A stretch of 64,000 nucleotides of DNA from Octopus vulgaris (taxonomy: Eukaryota): positions 24,366,001-24,430,000 of the forward strand of contig OX597835.1 of the NCBI GenBank assembly GCA_951406725.2, read 5' to 3'. The notes under the pieces were generated by a model, which saw only the letters and a program-made list of their open reading frames with translations, searched no databases and had not been told where the DNA came from. A program made the translations under genes and the position numbers. The stretch's first letter is position 1. Each line of letters opens with the position of its first letter. Of the stretch, positions 25,059-39,275 are shown one piece after another.

Positions 25059-27070
25059 TGTATGTATGTATATATATATGGGGTGGAAGGGTGCATATGT
25101 GTGTGTGTGGGGGGGGAAGAGGTGTATATGTGTGTGTGTGTATATATAATATCTATATTCCATGTGGAAGAATTGTGCGCAAGTATGTGTGTGTATGTAA
25201 TATCTGTGGCAAAATAACTGAAATAGACCACTAAAACTATACTGTGTGTGTATTTTATTAATAACTACATGAGTGCATGTGTGTGTGTGTATATATATAT
25301 ATATATGCACACACACGCACACACACACACACAGAAAGCAGTGCTCCAGCATGGCCTTGATTTTGATGACAAAAAGACACCACACACTGAAAAATGTGTC
25401 TACCCATATCTAACTAAATACTATATATGTATGTGTGTGTGTATGTGTGGGTGTGTTGAATATATTTTGCAACTTGCACATTTGGTCTGGTACATTCCAA
25501 CCCTAATCCTACCCCCTACAATGATTTCCCTACAACCACCCATACATAAATACACCAGAAACACACACACACACACACACATATATATAAACACAATCGA
25601 GATACACACACAGATATTACATACAGATATAATATATACAGAGCTCACACACACAATGCTAATGTGTGTGCACACATACACACACATGTATACATGCATA
25701 TATGCACATACACACACGCACACACATACATGGCCCTAAAGAAATTCTGCGAATAATGATTTTATTCTACGTTCAGCGATGAAGGGACTTTTCCTGATCA
25801 GCAATGAGTGGGGGGTGGGGTGGCATGCAGTGAGGAGGGGGTGCTGAAATATGGGTCCTGGAGCATGGCAGAGTAGGTGGGTAGGGGACAACAGCATTGA
25901 CTAACTCAGAAGAACTAAAGATTAGAACCACCACCACCACCACCACAACCCTCCTCCCACCATGAGCTGATTTAAAAAAATTTTTCTTCTTTGGTTCTTT
26001 GGTTCCTAGTTAGCGAGAAATGGTAAATGCAAGGAAAGCTCTTCAGGTTCGTTTACTTAATTATAGTTCTATATAATAATAATGAGGATTATAATAATAA
26101 TGATAACAACAACGACGATGATGATGATGATAATGATGACTGCAATAGTAAATACAGGGATTCTGGATGGGAGGGCATGGAAAGATGGTGAGTGGTTCAG
26201 AGAAGATTACGTAAGTTCTGGGAAGAGTTCAGTGGAATCATTCTTGAGACGCACAGAAGAAACTAAGACACAGATCTAACCCCAGTTGGCCAGCATTGGT
26301 TTGGTTGTTGTTGTTTGGCTTATACTCTTATACTCTTTCATGTAATTAATACATGTGTATGTAGCACATAGTTACTACATGTGGGTGTACACTTCTAATA
26401 CTTTCTAATACTTTTGAATAAATAGACACACTGGAATGTCTACCAGGTGATGTATGTTGTTTTATATCCTCTCCATTTTCTCTTATTTGCTATATATATA
26501 GCCGGTGGCACGTAAAAAGCACCATCCGACCGTGGCCGTTTGCCAGACTTGTCCGGCACCTGTGCAGGTGGCACGTAAAAAGCACCCACTACTCATGGAG
26601 TGGTTGGCGTTAGGAAGGGCATCCAGCCGTAGAAACATTGCCAGATCAGACTGGGCCTGGTGCAGCCTTCTGGCTTCCCAGACCCCAGTTGCACCGTCCA
26701 ACCCATGCCAGCATGGAAAGCGGATGCTAAACGATGATGATGATGATGATATATATATATATATAGTACTCTTTTTTTTGTTTGTTTTCTTTTTGTCTTT
26801 GTTGCCATACACATTCGCTAGCTTTTTTTACAAAGAGGTCTAATGCTCTTGGCTTAGACTTTTTTTTGGGGGGGGAGGGGTGACCAGATCAAACCATCTT
26901 GAGTCTGCCTGAAATGGTCATTCATGACTTATGGGACTTGACTGAGGAAAGAAAGCCATGAATGACCCGTCTTTTTTGCTTGTCCTTCTAATTGTTGTTT
27001 CTCTTGTCCACCTTTGTATCCTCTATTTGTCAGAATGTTTTGATGCCTTTGTTGCATTTTCTTTTTTTTT

Positions 27071-27469
27071 TTTTACTTGTTTCAGTCATTTGACTGCGGC
27101 CATGCTGGAGCACCGCCTTTAGTCGAGCAACTCGACCCCGGGACTTATTCTTTGTAAGCCCAGTATTTATTCTATCGGTCTCTTTTTGCCGAACCGCTAA
27201 GTGACGGGGACGTAAACACACCAGCATCGGTTGTCAAGCAATGCTAGGGGGACAAACACACACACACAAACATATACACATACACACATATATATATATA
27301 CATATATACGACAGACTTCTTTCAGTTTCCGTCTACCAAATCCACTCACAAGGCATTGGTCGGCCCAGGGCTATAGCAGAAGACACTTGCCCAAGATGCC
27401 ACGCAGTGGGACTGAACCCGGAACCATGTGGTTGGTTAGCAAGCTACTTACCACACAGCCACTCCTGCA

Positions 27470-27472
<3 letters not shown>
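27071..27472 (-). mobile_element. SINE family B, full-length copy
   Basis: Near-identical reverse complement of the 11167 and 46587 copies. Confidence 0.85.
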
Positions 27473-27527
<55 letters not shown>

Positions 27528-28065
27528 AGGCAAATAAGAAAATGCAGAGGATAATTGACAGACATCAGCCTGTAGACGTTCATTTATATCTATTTATTAA
27601 TTGATTACAATCATATGTATAAGTAATCAAATAAACAAATGAAATAAGCAAATAAACAAGTAAATAAATACATGAATAAAAATAAACAAATGAATAAGAA
27701 TAAATGAGTGAAAAAACGCTAAGCTCTTACAGCTGTTTCTAACTATGGGGTTGCCCAACCTGCCACGTTTTCTACATCATGCCAGTAATATACAGCGATT
27801 TTACAAATGCTGAACAAACATTGGACAGGGGTCCAATATGTATATATACGGCAGCCGGGGGTGTTTGTCTCCCCTTCGTATATGTATATAAGGACACAGG
27901 GAAAAAAATGTGTCAAAGCTATCAGGAGGCGTTCGATGCTTCCTAGGGCTATACAGCGGTGGTGTATCCCCTACTGTCACGTTCTTGTTAGATTGACAGT
28001 ATACAACCATTCTATCGCCCCACCACTGTACATGTCTCTACGAGAGATTTAGAAATTCAATATTT

Positions 28066-28111
<46 letters not shown>

Positions 28112-28115
28112 CTAC

Positions 28116-28214
28116 CTAGTTAGCTATTGATCTATCTATCAATCTATATCCATCTATCTAGCTGTTTAGCTAGCCAGCTATCCATCCATCTCTCTCTCTC
28201 CCTCTATCTATCTA

Positions 28215-28247
<33 letters not shown>

Positions 28248-28293
28248 ATATATATATATAATGTATGTGTGTGTGTGTGTGTGTGTGTGTATC

Positions 28294-28349
<56 letters not shown>

Positions 28350-28432
28350 CAGACAGACAGATAGAGGGAGAGAGAGAGCTAAACAGCTAGATAGATGGAT
28401 ATAGATTGATAGATAGATCAATAGCTAACTAG
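28116..28432. repeat. 56-bp perfect inverted repeat enclosing mirrored microsatellites
   Basis: 28116-28171 is the reverse complement of 28377-28432. Confidence 0.85.
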
Positions 28433-29236
28433 ATAGATAGATGGATGGATGGGCAGATAGATAGATATATTCCATACTGGTAAAATCAAGTCTTTTGAGA
28501 TGGACAAAAAAAAATTCTCCCTTATTCATAAGCCCTTAATATGAAGAAAGAGAGGGAAATGACTGTAAGAGGAGAGGAAAGATACTCACACACACATACA
28601 TATATACATACATACATCTATGTGTGTGTGTGTGTGTGTGTGTGCAAAAGAGAGGGACAGACAGACAGAGAAAAAACAAGAGTTCATTTAGCTAATCCCT
28701 TCAGTTGTTTCAATTTGCAAGGAAGGTGAAAGACAAGGGTGGGGAATGGGTGTGCCAGCTATTACGGGAGAGTATGGGGGAAGGGTGATCAGTAGGGTGG
28801 GGATTGTCTTAAAAATCCCTAACATTCTCGTTCCGGGGAGTCTAATTTACTGGAAGGTGGCAAAGGAAGGAACGGCGGCGGCTTTATAAGATATGAGAAC
28901 TTATAAACTAACTTTCAGGATACCCATTACCTGTCTTCACCAGCACCACCACCTACAACAACAACAACAACAATGCTAGATGAATCATTAATAAGGAGCT
29001 CCTAATATGACCTTCCAAATGAACGTGTAGGTAATGATGATGACAGTGATGGTGATGACTGTGGTGATGATGATTACGAAAAAGGGGACTAAATGGAGGA
29101 AGAGGAGGTGGAGGAGAAGGGGTGGTGGGCTTTGATGTTTGTATTTTTTTTTTAATTCTTCTGATGGTAATATAGAACAGTTACTTAATGAATCCTTTAA
29201 ATTTTTATTACATGCTTATACATGCACGCACACACA

Positions 29237-29288
<52 letters not shown>

Positions 29289-29507
29289 ACAAGATGTATT
29301 TAAATACCTATATATATATACATACATATATTTATATACATACATACATATAAACATATTATACATATATATATGTATAGATATGCATATATACACATAT
29401 ATATATGCATATATACATATATACTTACATATATACATATATACATACACACATACATATATACATATTATACACACACACACATACATATGAATGTGTG
29501 TGTGTGA

Positions 29508-29626
<119 letters not shown>

Positions 29627-30252
29627 TATATATATATATATATATCAGAAAAGAAAATGGAGAGATTGAAAGATAGACATCAATTTATCTATGGAACTCC
29701 AATTACATACATATATATCCCTTTAAGAGGTATATATATCCTTGCAACACAAACATATATACATACCATACACACACACACACACACATATATATCATGC
29801 TTGTATATATATATATATATATGCGTGTGCACATGTGTGTGCATTCCAACTGCAATTTGATGAAAGCATGTTAAACGTTTTGTCCCAATATTAACAAGGA
29901 ATTTTACTCAGCTTTCATTATCTAATATTTCACTCATTGTATTCCACCACCACCACCACCACCACCACCACCTTCGCCACCAACTCTACTAACAATACAA
30001 TCATCACCAACGGCACAGCTGCTGCCACCACTGTGTCCACTAACACTACCACCGGACACCATCCTGTGAATGGTACCATACATTTTATCCTAGAAATACA
30101 ACACCTAGGTATAAACACACACACACACGTGCACTCATGTGCATTCATGTGTACATAGATAACTATTAATTTATGTGTGTATATATATAAATATATATAT
30201 ATGTATGCACATACAAACACATGCCTATAAACATACACATATATATACGTAC

Positions 30253-30305
<53 letters not shown>

Positions 30306-32366
30306 TATATATGTATATACGCATTTGCATATACACCCCTCCCTGTATATATGTACATGTGTACACACGTGCATATTCATCAATTTATATGTATATACAT
30401 GCATACTGACACACACATAATTATAAACACACACACACACACATATATATATATACACACTCATCCATATATATATGTACATATATATATATACACACAA
30501 ACACATACATATATATGCATGCATATATATATACATACGCACACCCATATATATACATGCACATACTACACATGATACTCACACATATACATATACACAA
30601 TCCCTTATATATATGCACACACACAAACACATACATCATACACACACACACACACACACATGTAGGTATAAATAATGCAAAAAAAGAGTGATGATGATGA
30701 TGACGGTGGCATAGAAGAACCAAAATAATCTCTCCCCTGCTCTTTTGCCATAACCCTAAAACCGATTCCAATATGCCAAAGTTGGAAATATTGCCAACAT
30801 TTTTGGCTCATCTCAGCACCAAATAAGGGGATTATATCACACACACACACACACACAATTAAAAGGGCAGTTTTGTCCCTTCTTGGGCCCCTTCACCAAC
30901 CCCTGCCTCCTGCTTAGTCTTCTGCATTCTTCAAGGTATTTGGAAGGAAAGGACAAACCTTTCCTGGCCAGAAGTATTTGGTGTTGCTAATGAGAGGTCA
31001 AGCTCTCCTCCAGCTCCCAATAACACCACCACCACCACCACCACCACTACCATCATTAATACCACCACCACCAACATCATCACTACCACTACAAACACCA
31101 CCACTCACTCACACCACCAATACTGTTCCTACCATTGTTACGACCACCACCACCAACACCACCACTATTATCATATTCCTCATCACTATTAACACCACAT
31201 GGATATTATTAATCACACTGCTCCAATCTCTATGCCTACCACCACCATATTGATATCATTAATCACACCACCCCAATCTCTATGGCTACCTCCACCACCA
31301 CCACCACCAGCCCAACTACCAGGCCACCCTTTTTCCATTCTGAGTTCAAATCTTAGTAAGGCCAACTTAACCTTTCATCCATCTGGCCAGGTGGTTTTCG
31401 TGGTGGTGGTGATAGTGGTGGAGAAATTGATAGAATCGGGTACCAGTCATGTACCGGGGGTTTAATATAATCGACACACTCTGCTCCTCCAGCCTCTTCT
31501 CCCTGTGTTAGAGAAATTATTGTATGCTTTTCAGTTGTTTCTGTCATTGAACCGTGGCCATACTGGGGCATTACATTGAAAAGTTTTAGTTGAACAAATC
31601 AACCCCCAAGGACATATATTTTTAAGTCTGGTACTTATTCTATCAATCTCTTTTGCTGAGCTGCAAAGTCATGGGGTATGTGAGTAATTTAAAAATACCT
31701 TACAGAACAACTGTGCCCTGTATTTAGGGGTTGCCCTTTGACAAGGCACTGCACCCGTTCAGCTACCCTGCCAGAGATACAACGAAGTCATTGGGACTGC
31801 AGCATGGCAGATTGTGAAGAGGCAGTAGAAGAGCTCCACTGAGTCAATGGTGCTTCTTACATTGATGCTGAGAGGAAGAATTTTGGAAGATCAATGGTGA
31901 GGATCACCAAGCTCTGTCAAGAGAGTAACTGCAATGCATCCATAGGGGGGGTGGTGGCCATGGTTGTGTAATCAGCTGATGAAAGACTCGTTATAATTCA
32001 AGCTCCCAATTCAATGGAACTGGTTGGTGAGGGAGAGTCATGGGAACCCATGAAAGCATGGTAGGCTGCACCAAACTCCAGTTTGATTTGGCATGGTTTT
32101 CCATGGCTGGATGCCCTTCCTAATGCCAACCACTCCAAGAGTGTGTAATGGGTGCTTTTATGTGCCACCAGCATGGGTGCCATTTGCATGACACCAAGGT
32201 GCTTTTATGTGCCACTGGCACAGGTGCCAATTTCTGTGACACTGGTATCTGCCATGTCTGCTATTTTGCTCAGCTTGATGGGTTTTCTTCTCAAGCACGG
32301 CATAATGCCAAAGGTCTTGGTCATTGCCTCAGAGGAACTCGGCCACTGGAGACTGTCAGAATGATG

Positions 32367-32419
32367 TGGATGCCTCTGATGAGAACCCAATAAGGTTCGA
32401 AAATTGATTAAGGTGTTCA
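32367..32419 (+). ncRNA. Type I hammerhead ribozyme motif, intact core, in a direct-repeat element
   Basis: tggatgcct-CTGATGA-gaacc-caataa-ggttc-GAAA-attga-TTA-aggtgttca. Helix I is 9 bp with G-U pairs and helix II is 5 bp. Predicted cleavage is after 32410. Confidence 0.78.
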
Positions 32420-34605
32420 TCATTTTCTTCAGTGATGAGAAATGGCTAAAATTTGCCCTGTTTATAATTATCCCCTATGTTACATATATATTATATCATA
32501 CCTTGATACTATGTATATTAAGATGCCCATTGACAGTACCATTGCTGGTATTTATAGAATGTTAAACATTTTCGATATGCAAATTAGGGACTCCTTCATA
32601 GAGTAACTGCTGCATTTGTTGAGTATATAAGCAGTTTGGCTGATTGTTTCTCTGGAGGCTGTCAGAATGATGAGAACCCAAAAAGGTTTGAAAACCAATT
32701 AAGGTTGTTCATTATTTTTTCCAGTCTGCAGAGAAATGGCAAAAATTTGCACTGTTAATAATTATACAATATGTTACATATATATGATGGGCTTCTTTCA
32801 GTTTCCATCTACCAAATCCACTCGAAGTTTTGGTTGGCTCAAGGCTATAGTAGAAAACCCCCGCCCAAGCTGTCATGTAGCTGGAATGAACCTGGGACCA
32901 TGTGGAAGGAAAGCAAACTTCGTGCCATATAACCACACCTATTTCTTTACTACCTACAAGGGGCTAAATACAGAGAGGACAGACAAACGGATTAAGTCGA
33001 TTACATCGACCCCAGTGCGTAACTGGTACTTAATTTATCAACCCCGAAAGGATGAAAGGCAAAGTCGACCTTGGTGGAATTTGAATTCAGAACGTAGCGG
33101 CAGACGAAATACCGTTAAGCATTTCGCCTGGCGTGCTAACTATTCTGCCAGCTCGTGTCATATAACCACAGCAACACACACAATCAGACAGACTGACACA
33201 CAGACAGATAGATTGATATGATCACTTCTACATGCTTTCTATTAAGGTCACTGACGAGGGATTGGTCAGCCCAGGGCTATAGTGGAAGATATTTGCCCAA
33301 AGTGCTGTGCAGTGGGACTGAGCTTGATATGATGTGGTTGATCGAACTCTGTTTGTTGAACTGCTAAGTTATGGTTTCTTTCATGACCTGGATACACTGG
33401 TTTACACCAGTATAGCCGTAAACACAGGCAGGGATGCTGGCACAAACATTTGTCCCCATCAGTCTTCACATCGTCACTGCTGGGGCAGCGGCAGTATTCA
33501 TCATCATCACCAACACTATCATGATCATTCCATCATCACCACCACCACCGTTACCATTATCATCATTATCATCATCATTAACATTATAACCATCATCATC
33601 ATCACCAACGCCATCATCATCATTATCTTCTTCGTCCTTGGCAACATCATCACCACCACTATCAACATCATCAATACATCTTCATTAACATCCTCATCAT
33701 GTATTTAAATGTAAGTCAATGAGATGTATATATATGTGTGTGTGTGTGTCTATGTGTGTGTGTGTGTCGGCTCTTGTATATACATGAATGTAAATGACGT
33801 GTGTGTGTGGGGAGGGTGAATATGTCTCTTCCATGTAATTGTATGTGAATGTGTAAATTTGTGTATGGGTACATATATATGTGTGTGTGTATATGTATAT
33901 ATGTATAATGCATATGTACATATGCATGTGTATATGCTCATCTGCATATGTGAATGTGTGTATGTGTATATGTGTGTGTGTGTGTGTGTGTTGATGCAAG
34001 ACTGGTCATCCTATTCCTTAGGATATCATCCATGACTGTAACAAGTATGGGGAGGTGTGGGGTATGGCAATGAAGGGGTAAGAGGGTTTTAGAAGGGGCT
34101 TGACCAGGTCCCAGGTAATTAGGTGAACGGGTGGGAAGGTGAAGATGAGGGTAAGAGTGACGGTGGGGGGGGGGGAGAATGAGTAGGGTGGGAGAAAAAT
34201 AGTGGTAGGAGGATGAATTTGTGATAGAAGAGGGAGGGAGGAAATGATAGAATGATGAGAGTGGGAGGCAGACGTAGAGAAAAGGAGGTGGTGGTGGCAG
34301 GGATGGGGAGGGACAAGAATAGTCAAAGGAAAGGTGTAGGGAGAGGAGAGGCAGTACTAATACAACAGCTGATCACCAATTCTATATTAATGAGGAAAAG
34401 ACAAAAACATGGTAATGGTGGTGGTGGAGGTGGAGATAATGGGATTGATGGTGGTGTAGTGACAATAGTGGTGGTGGTGGTAATGGAGACAGTGATGGTG
34501 ATGATGTGGTGGTGGTGGTGTTGATCATGGCAATGCTGTTGACGGTAGTGGTGGTGACAGCAATATTAATTTGGTAACACCAATGCTGGTGATAGTAGTA
34601 GTAGT

Positions 34606-34636
<31 letters not shown>

Positions 34637-34782
34637 ATACTATTATTATTCATCAATATTAGTTTCCAGTTTTCTGCATTGTGAGTTCAAATCTTACCAA
34701 AGTCAAAATTACTTTTTATTCTTTCAGGGTCGATATAATGAAGTATCAGACAACTTCTAGGAGCAATATAATAATTTGAAAC

Positions 34783-34814
<32 letters not shown>

Positions 34815-35611
34815 GGACGGATACATTCCTTTTTGGTAGCACTCTCATTGACTTCTTCAAGTTTCACTTGAAAAGGAGAGTGGAGTGGGAAGTGCTGCCC
34901 TCAAGTGAGCACCTCTCTAAGTGTAGACCTGTGAGTCGGAGAGAAAGAATTGGAGAGGGCACTTGCTCCTGGGGTTTCAGGGAAATCTTGGACAGTGGGG
35001 TTCCTAGATTATCCCTAGAGCCCTTCATGTATCAAGAGGGCCACATCTCTATCATCCTCCCTGCCAATTTTATGCTATGCATATGTCCCTTCTTTTTCAT
35101 TGTATACTCTGTATTCTTTCTTCCTTTCTTTCACTTTTTTTTTGTATCATTTCATTATATGTAAACCCCCACAATTTATGCCCGTCTTTGTATTGTCCCC
35201 CTCATCCGTTGCCCTTGTGGCAAATAAATGAAATCTTCATTATTATTAATGTAGTGAACCGGCAGAATCATTAGCAGTCAGGCGAAATGCTTAGCGGAAT
35301 TTCGTCAGTCTTTATGTTCTGAGTTCAAATTCTGCTGGGGTCAACTTAAGCTTTCACCCTTTCAGGGTCAATAAATAAGTACCATTTGCATACTGTCTTT
35401 TCCTACTGGAGCGGCCCAATATCTCCTCTATAGTAAGACACAAATCTCTATTCCTCAATTATACTTTAAGTGCTCAGCCAACACAAAGCTATTTCCACCA
35501 GTACAACTTCCTCTCCCAGCCAAGGCATCTTTGTCAGGCAAGTTACTTAGCAACCCGGCTGGTGCTGGTGCCACATAAAAAGCCCTGATACACTCTGTAA
35601 AGTGTGTAGTG

Positions 35612-35950
35612 AAAGTGCATAGTTCAGTGGTTAGGGCATCAGGTTCACAATCATGAGATAGTGAGTTCGATTCTTGGACCAGGCTGCATGTTGTGTTCTT
35701 GAGCAAGACACTTTCTTTCACATTGCTCCAGTTCACTCAGCTGTAGAAATGAGTTGCAACATCACTGGTGCAAAGTTCTGTCAGCCTTGGCCTTTCCCTT
35801 GGATAACATTGGTGGTTTGGAGAGGGGAGGCTGGTATGCATGGGAAACTGCTGGTCTTCCGTAAACAACCTTGCCTGGATTTGTAACTCGGAGGGCAACT
35901 TTCTAGGTGCAATCCCATGGTCATTCATGACCAAAGGGGGTCTTTACCTT
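35612..35950 (+). mobile_element. tRNA-derived SINE family E
   Basis: tRNA-like head and tail ...ctaggtgcaatcccatggtcattcatgaccaaagggggtcttt. Copies at ~18156(-), 42190-42485(-) and 53795-54350(-). Confidence 0.75.
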
Positions 35951-36302
35951 TTACACTCTGTAAAGCGGTTGGCATTAGGAAGAGCATCCAGCCACAGAAA
36001 CTGTGTCAAAGCAGACAACAGAACATGATGCAAATCTCTGGTTTGCCAGCTCCTGTCAAACCATCCAACCCATGTCAGCATGGAAGACAGATGTTAAATG
36101 ATGAGGTTTTAGTATGAGGAGAGCTTCCTCAATTCCTCCTACCAATCCAGGAACTTGGAAGCGCTATAAAAGAGCAAAAGGTATTTCTGCTGCCATTCCT
36201 ATAGTGACTAACCTGTTACAAAAAATCCACTCTGCTTATCCATAAGAGGAAGAGAAGCACTGCACTTCCTTCTGTGACTAAGTCATTATAATAATGATAA
36301 TA

Positions 36303-36338
<36 letters not shown>

Positions 36339-37159
36339 GTCACTCTATACATCCAAAAATCAATTCATTTATTTGTTTATTTTACTCTAGTGACACACAC
36401 ACACACACGGTTGTGAGGGTGGATTGAGAGAGATTAAGGTCAGAAGTTCACCACTGAAAGCTCTGTTTGATCCACTGAGAAATATTGATCGACTTCTGCC
36501 TGACAGACAGACAGAAACTAGACCCATGACCATACAAAGGAATGGCTAAAAATAACAGTCAAATTACATTTAAATCCTCCTCCCCCTTCTCATCATCATC
36601 AGCATCATCACTAGTTGTAGCAGCAGCTACAATAACAACAAGGGGAGGCAGCTGTTTATATTGGTTTGACTTGCTAGAAATCATTCCTAAAGTTACATGT
36701 TATCATCTTAAAAAATGATGGCCATACGTAGTCCTAGATATACAAAAAGACAAGGAAGTCATGGCTGGAATGCTTTTAAGTTATGTCATTACTCTGATCA
36801 GGGACTGACCTGGATACAAACAACCAGAAGAATCTCATACTTTACCAAGAAAGCCTGCACAAGGCTACTTTAGTTGCTAGAAATAGTAGCAGCTAAACTG
36901 CCTTCAAGATACACCTTGCTACTTTAAAAAATGAATACAATGGGTAATGTGAACCAAGGTAGACTATTCCTGAAACAAACGAACATGACTGTTGTGACTA
37001 GAATACCTTTGATCGTAATTCTGCCTGATCAGGACTGACCTAGGGTTAAACAACGACACAGACATTAACTACACTTCTATAAGATTATGCTAATTAAAGT
37101 ATGAGTAATCACATCCATATCAATATGCAAATTTGCTGATACACACACATGCATTTAAG

Positions 37160-37590
37160 CATCTTGAGTGTCTTTCGGAAATCCTATTAATGATCTCAAT
37201 GTTATCAAATAGATAGGGATTCCTCGGAGCAGAGTCTGCATCTCCTGGAAAGGACATTATATGATTGTCCATGCCTTATTATGGACCAATTAATATCATA
37301 TTCAATTTTATCTTCCTTAAGTTGCCACACAAAATTAGCCAAAGATGTTGAATGCCTCTTGTTGATTTTCTTGAAGCTGACGACATGATTGTGATAACGA
37401 TTCTTGAATGAATCAGCTTGAATGAATCACTCAATGTAAACATACAATCCTCTCCTTGCATCTACGGTACATTTATATACAAGATTTGTACTCATACAGA
37501 GGTCCATCAATGGGCATTCTGATTTCTCTCTGCATGAGCATTTATTAGTTTTAGTTGCATATGTGGCAGTTCTGACTTCATTTTCACACA
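37160..37590 (-). mobile_element. Degenerate fragment of a second, divergent Penelope-like element (GIY-YIG region)
   Basis: Minus strand reads NKCSCREKSECPLMDLCMSTNLVYKCTV...DSFKNRYHNHVVSFKK...SLANFVWQLKEDKIEYDINWSII...RRCRLCSEESLSI*, collinear with the 57 kb element. It has stops and frameshifts. Confidence 0.85.
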
Positions 37591-37617
37591 AATGAACTTA
37601 AAGGATATACAAATATG

Positions 37618-37650
<33 letters not shown>

Positions 37651-38870
37651 CCTTTCTACTACAAGGCTTGAAATTTGTGGGGAGGGGTCTAGTCGATTAC
37701 GTCAACCCTGGTGTTTCACTGGTTCTTAATTTATTGACTCTGAAAAGATGAAAGGCAAAGTTAACCTTGGTAGAATTTGAACTCAGAATGCAGTGACAGA
37801 CCAAAAACCACTAAGCATTTTGCCCGGTGTGCTAACGATTCTGCCAGCTTGCCATCTTAATAATAATGATAATGATGATAATAATAATAATAATAATATA
37901 ATAATCCTTTCTATTATAGGCACAAGGCCTAAAATTTGCAGGGAGGGGTAAGTTGATTACATCGACTCCAGTGTGTAACTGGTACTTATTTAATTGACCT
38001 TGAAAGGATGAAAGGCAAAGTCGATCCCGGCAGAGCTTGAACTCAGAATGAAGCAACAGGTGAAATACCACTAAGCATTTCATCCAGCGTGCTAACAATT
38101 TTGCCAGCTCGCCACCTTATTAATAATGATGATGATGATCATCATCATCGTTTAACGTCCGCTTTCCATGCTAGCATGGGTTGGACGGTTCAACTGGGGT
38201 CTGGGAAGCCAGAAGGCTGCACCAGGCCCAGTCTGATCTGGCAGTGTTTCTACAGCTGGATGCCCTTTAATAATAATATATAATAATAATAATGAAATAA
38301 TGAATTAATAATTTGGTTGGGGGGGGTTGGAATTTTGGCACTAGGCCAGCAATTTTGGTGGGAAGCAGAGAGTTGATTCCATCAAACCCCCCACCTCCAC
38401 CTCAGTGTTCGACTTGTACTTCATTCGATCAACCCTGAAGGGATAAAAAAAAAAAGACAAAGCCAACTTTGGTAGGATTTGAACTCAGAACATATAGAGC
38501 TAGAAGAAAATGCTGCTACGCATTTTTGCCCAACATGTTAATAATTAATTGATTGCGGTTAAGTAATTATGTGAGCATGTGTAATTAATGTAACTTGTGT
38601 AAGTCAATGAGAGGTAATGTATTACAGATGTGTGCTTGTGATGTGTTATTATGAACACATACAACAGTTACTAATTGGAAAAGGTTTAATTAAGAATGTA
38701 TGATTAATACACACACACACACATACACATACATACACATATACATGCATACATACACGTACATTGCACATACATACACACATATACACATACATACACA
38801 CAGGTATGCACACATACACATGTGCCCATGAATACATACACACACACACATGCATACATACATATACATA

Positions 38871-39275
38871 TAGGCATAGGAGTGGCTGTGTGGTAAGTAG
38901 CTTGCTTACCAACCACATGGTTCCAGGTTCAGTCCCACTGCGTGGCACCTTGGGCAAGTGTCTTCTACTATAGCCTTGGGCTGACCAAAGCCTTGTGAGT
39001 GGATTTGGTAGACGGAAACTGAAAGAAGCCTGTCGTATATATGTACGTTTGTGTTTGTGTGTGTATGTTTGTGTGTGTGTTTGTCCCCCAACATCGCTTG
39101 ACAACCAATGCTGGTTTGTTTACGTCCCCGTAACTTAGCGGTTCAGCAAAAGAGACCGATAGAATAAGTACTAGGCTTACAAAGAAGAAGTCCTGGGGTT
39201 GATTTGCTCGACTAAAGGTGGTGCTCCAGCATGGCCACAGTCACATGACTGAAACAAGTAAAAGAGAAAGAGAGT
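38871..39275 (+). mobile_element. SINE family B, full-length copy
   Basis: Same head, body and tail as 11167. Confidence 0.85.
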
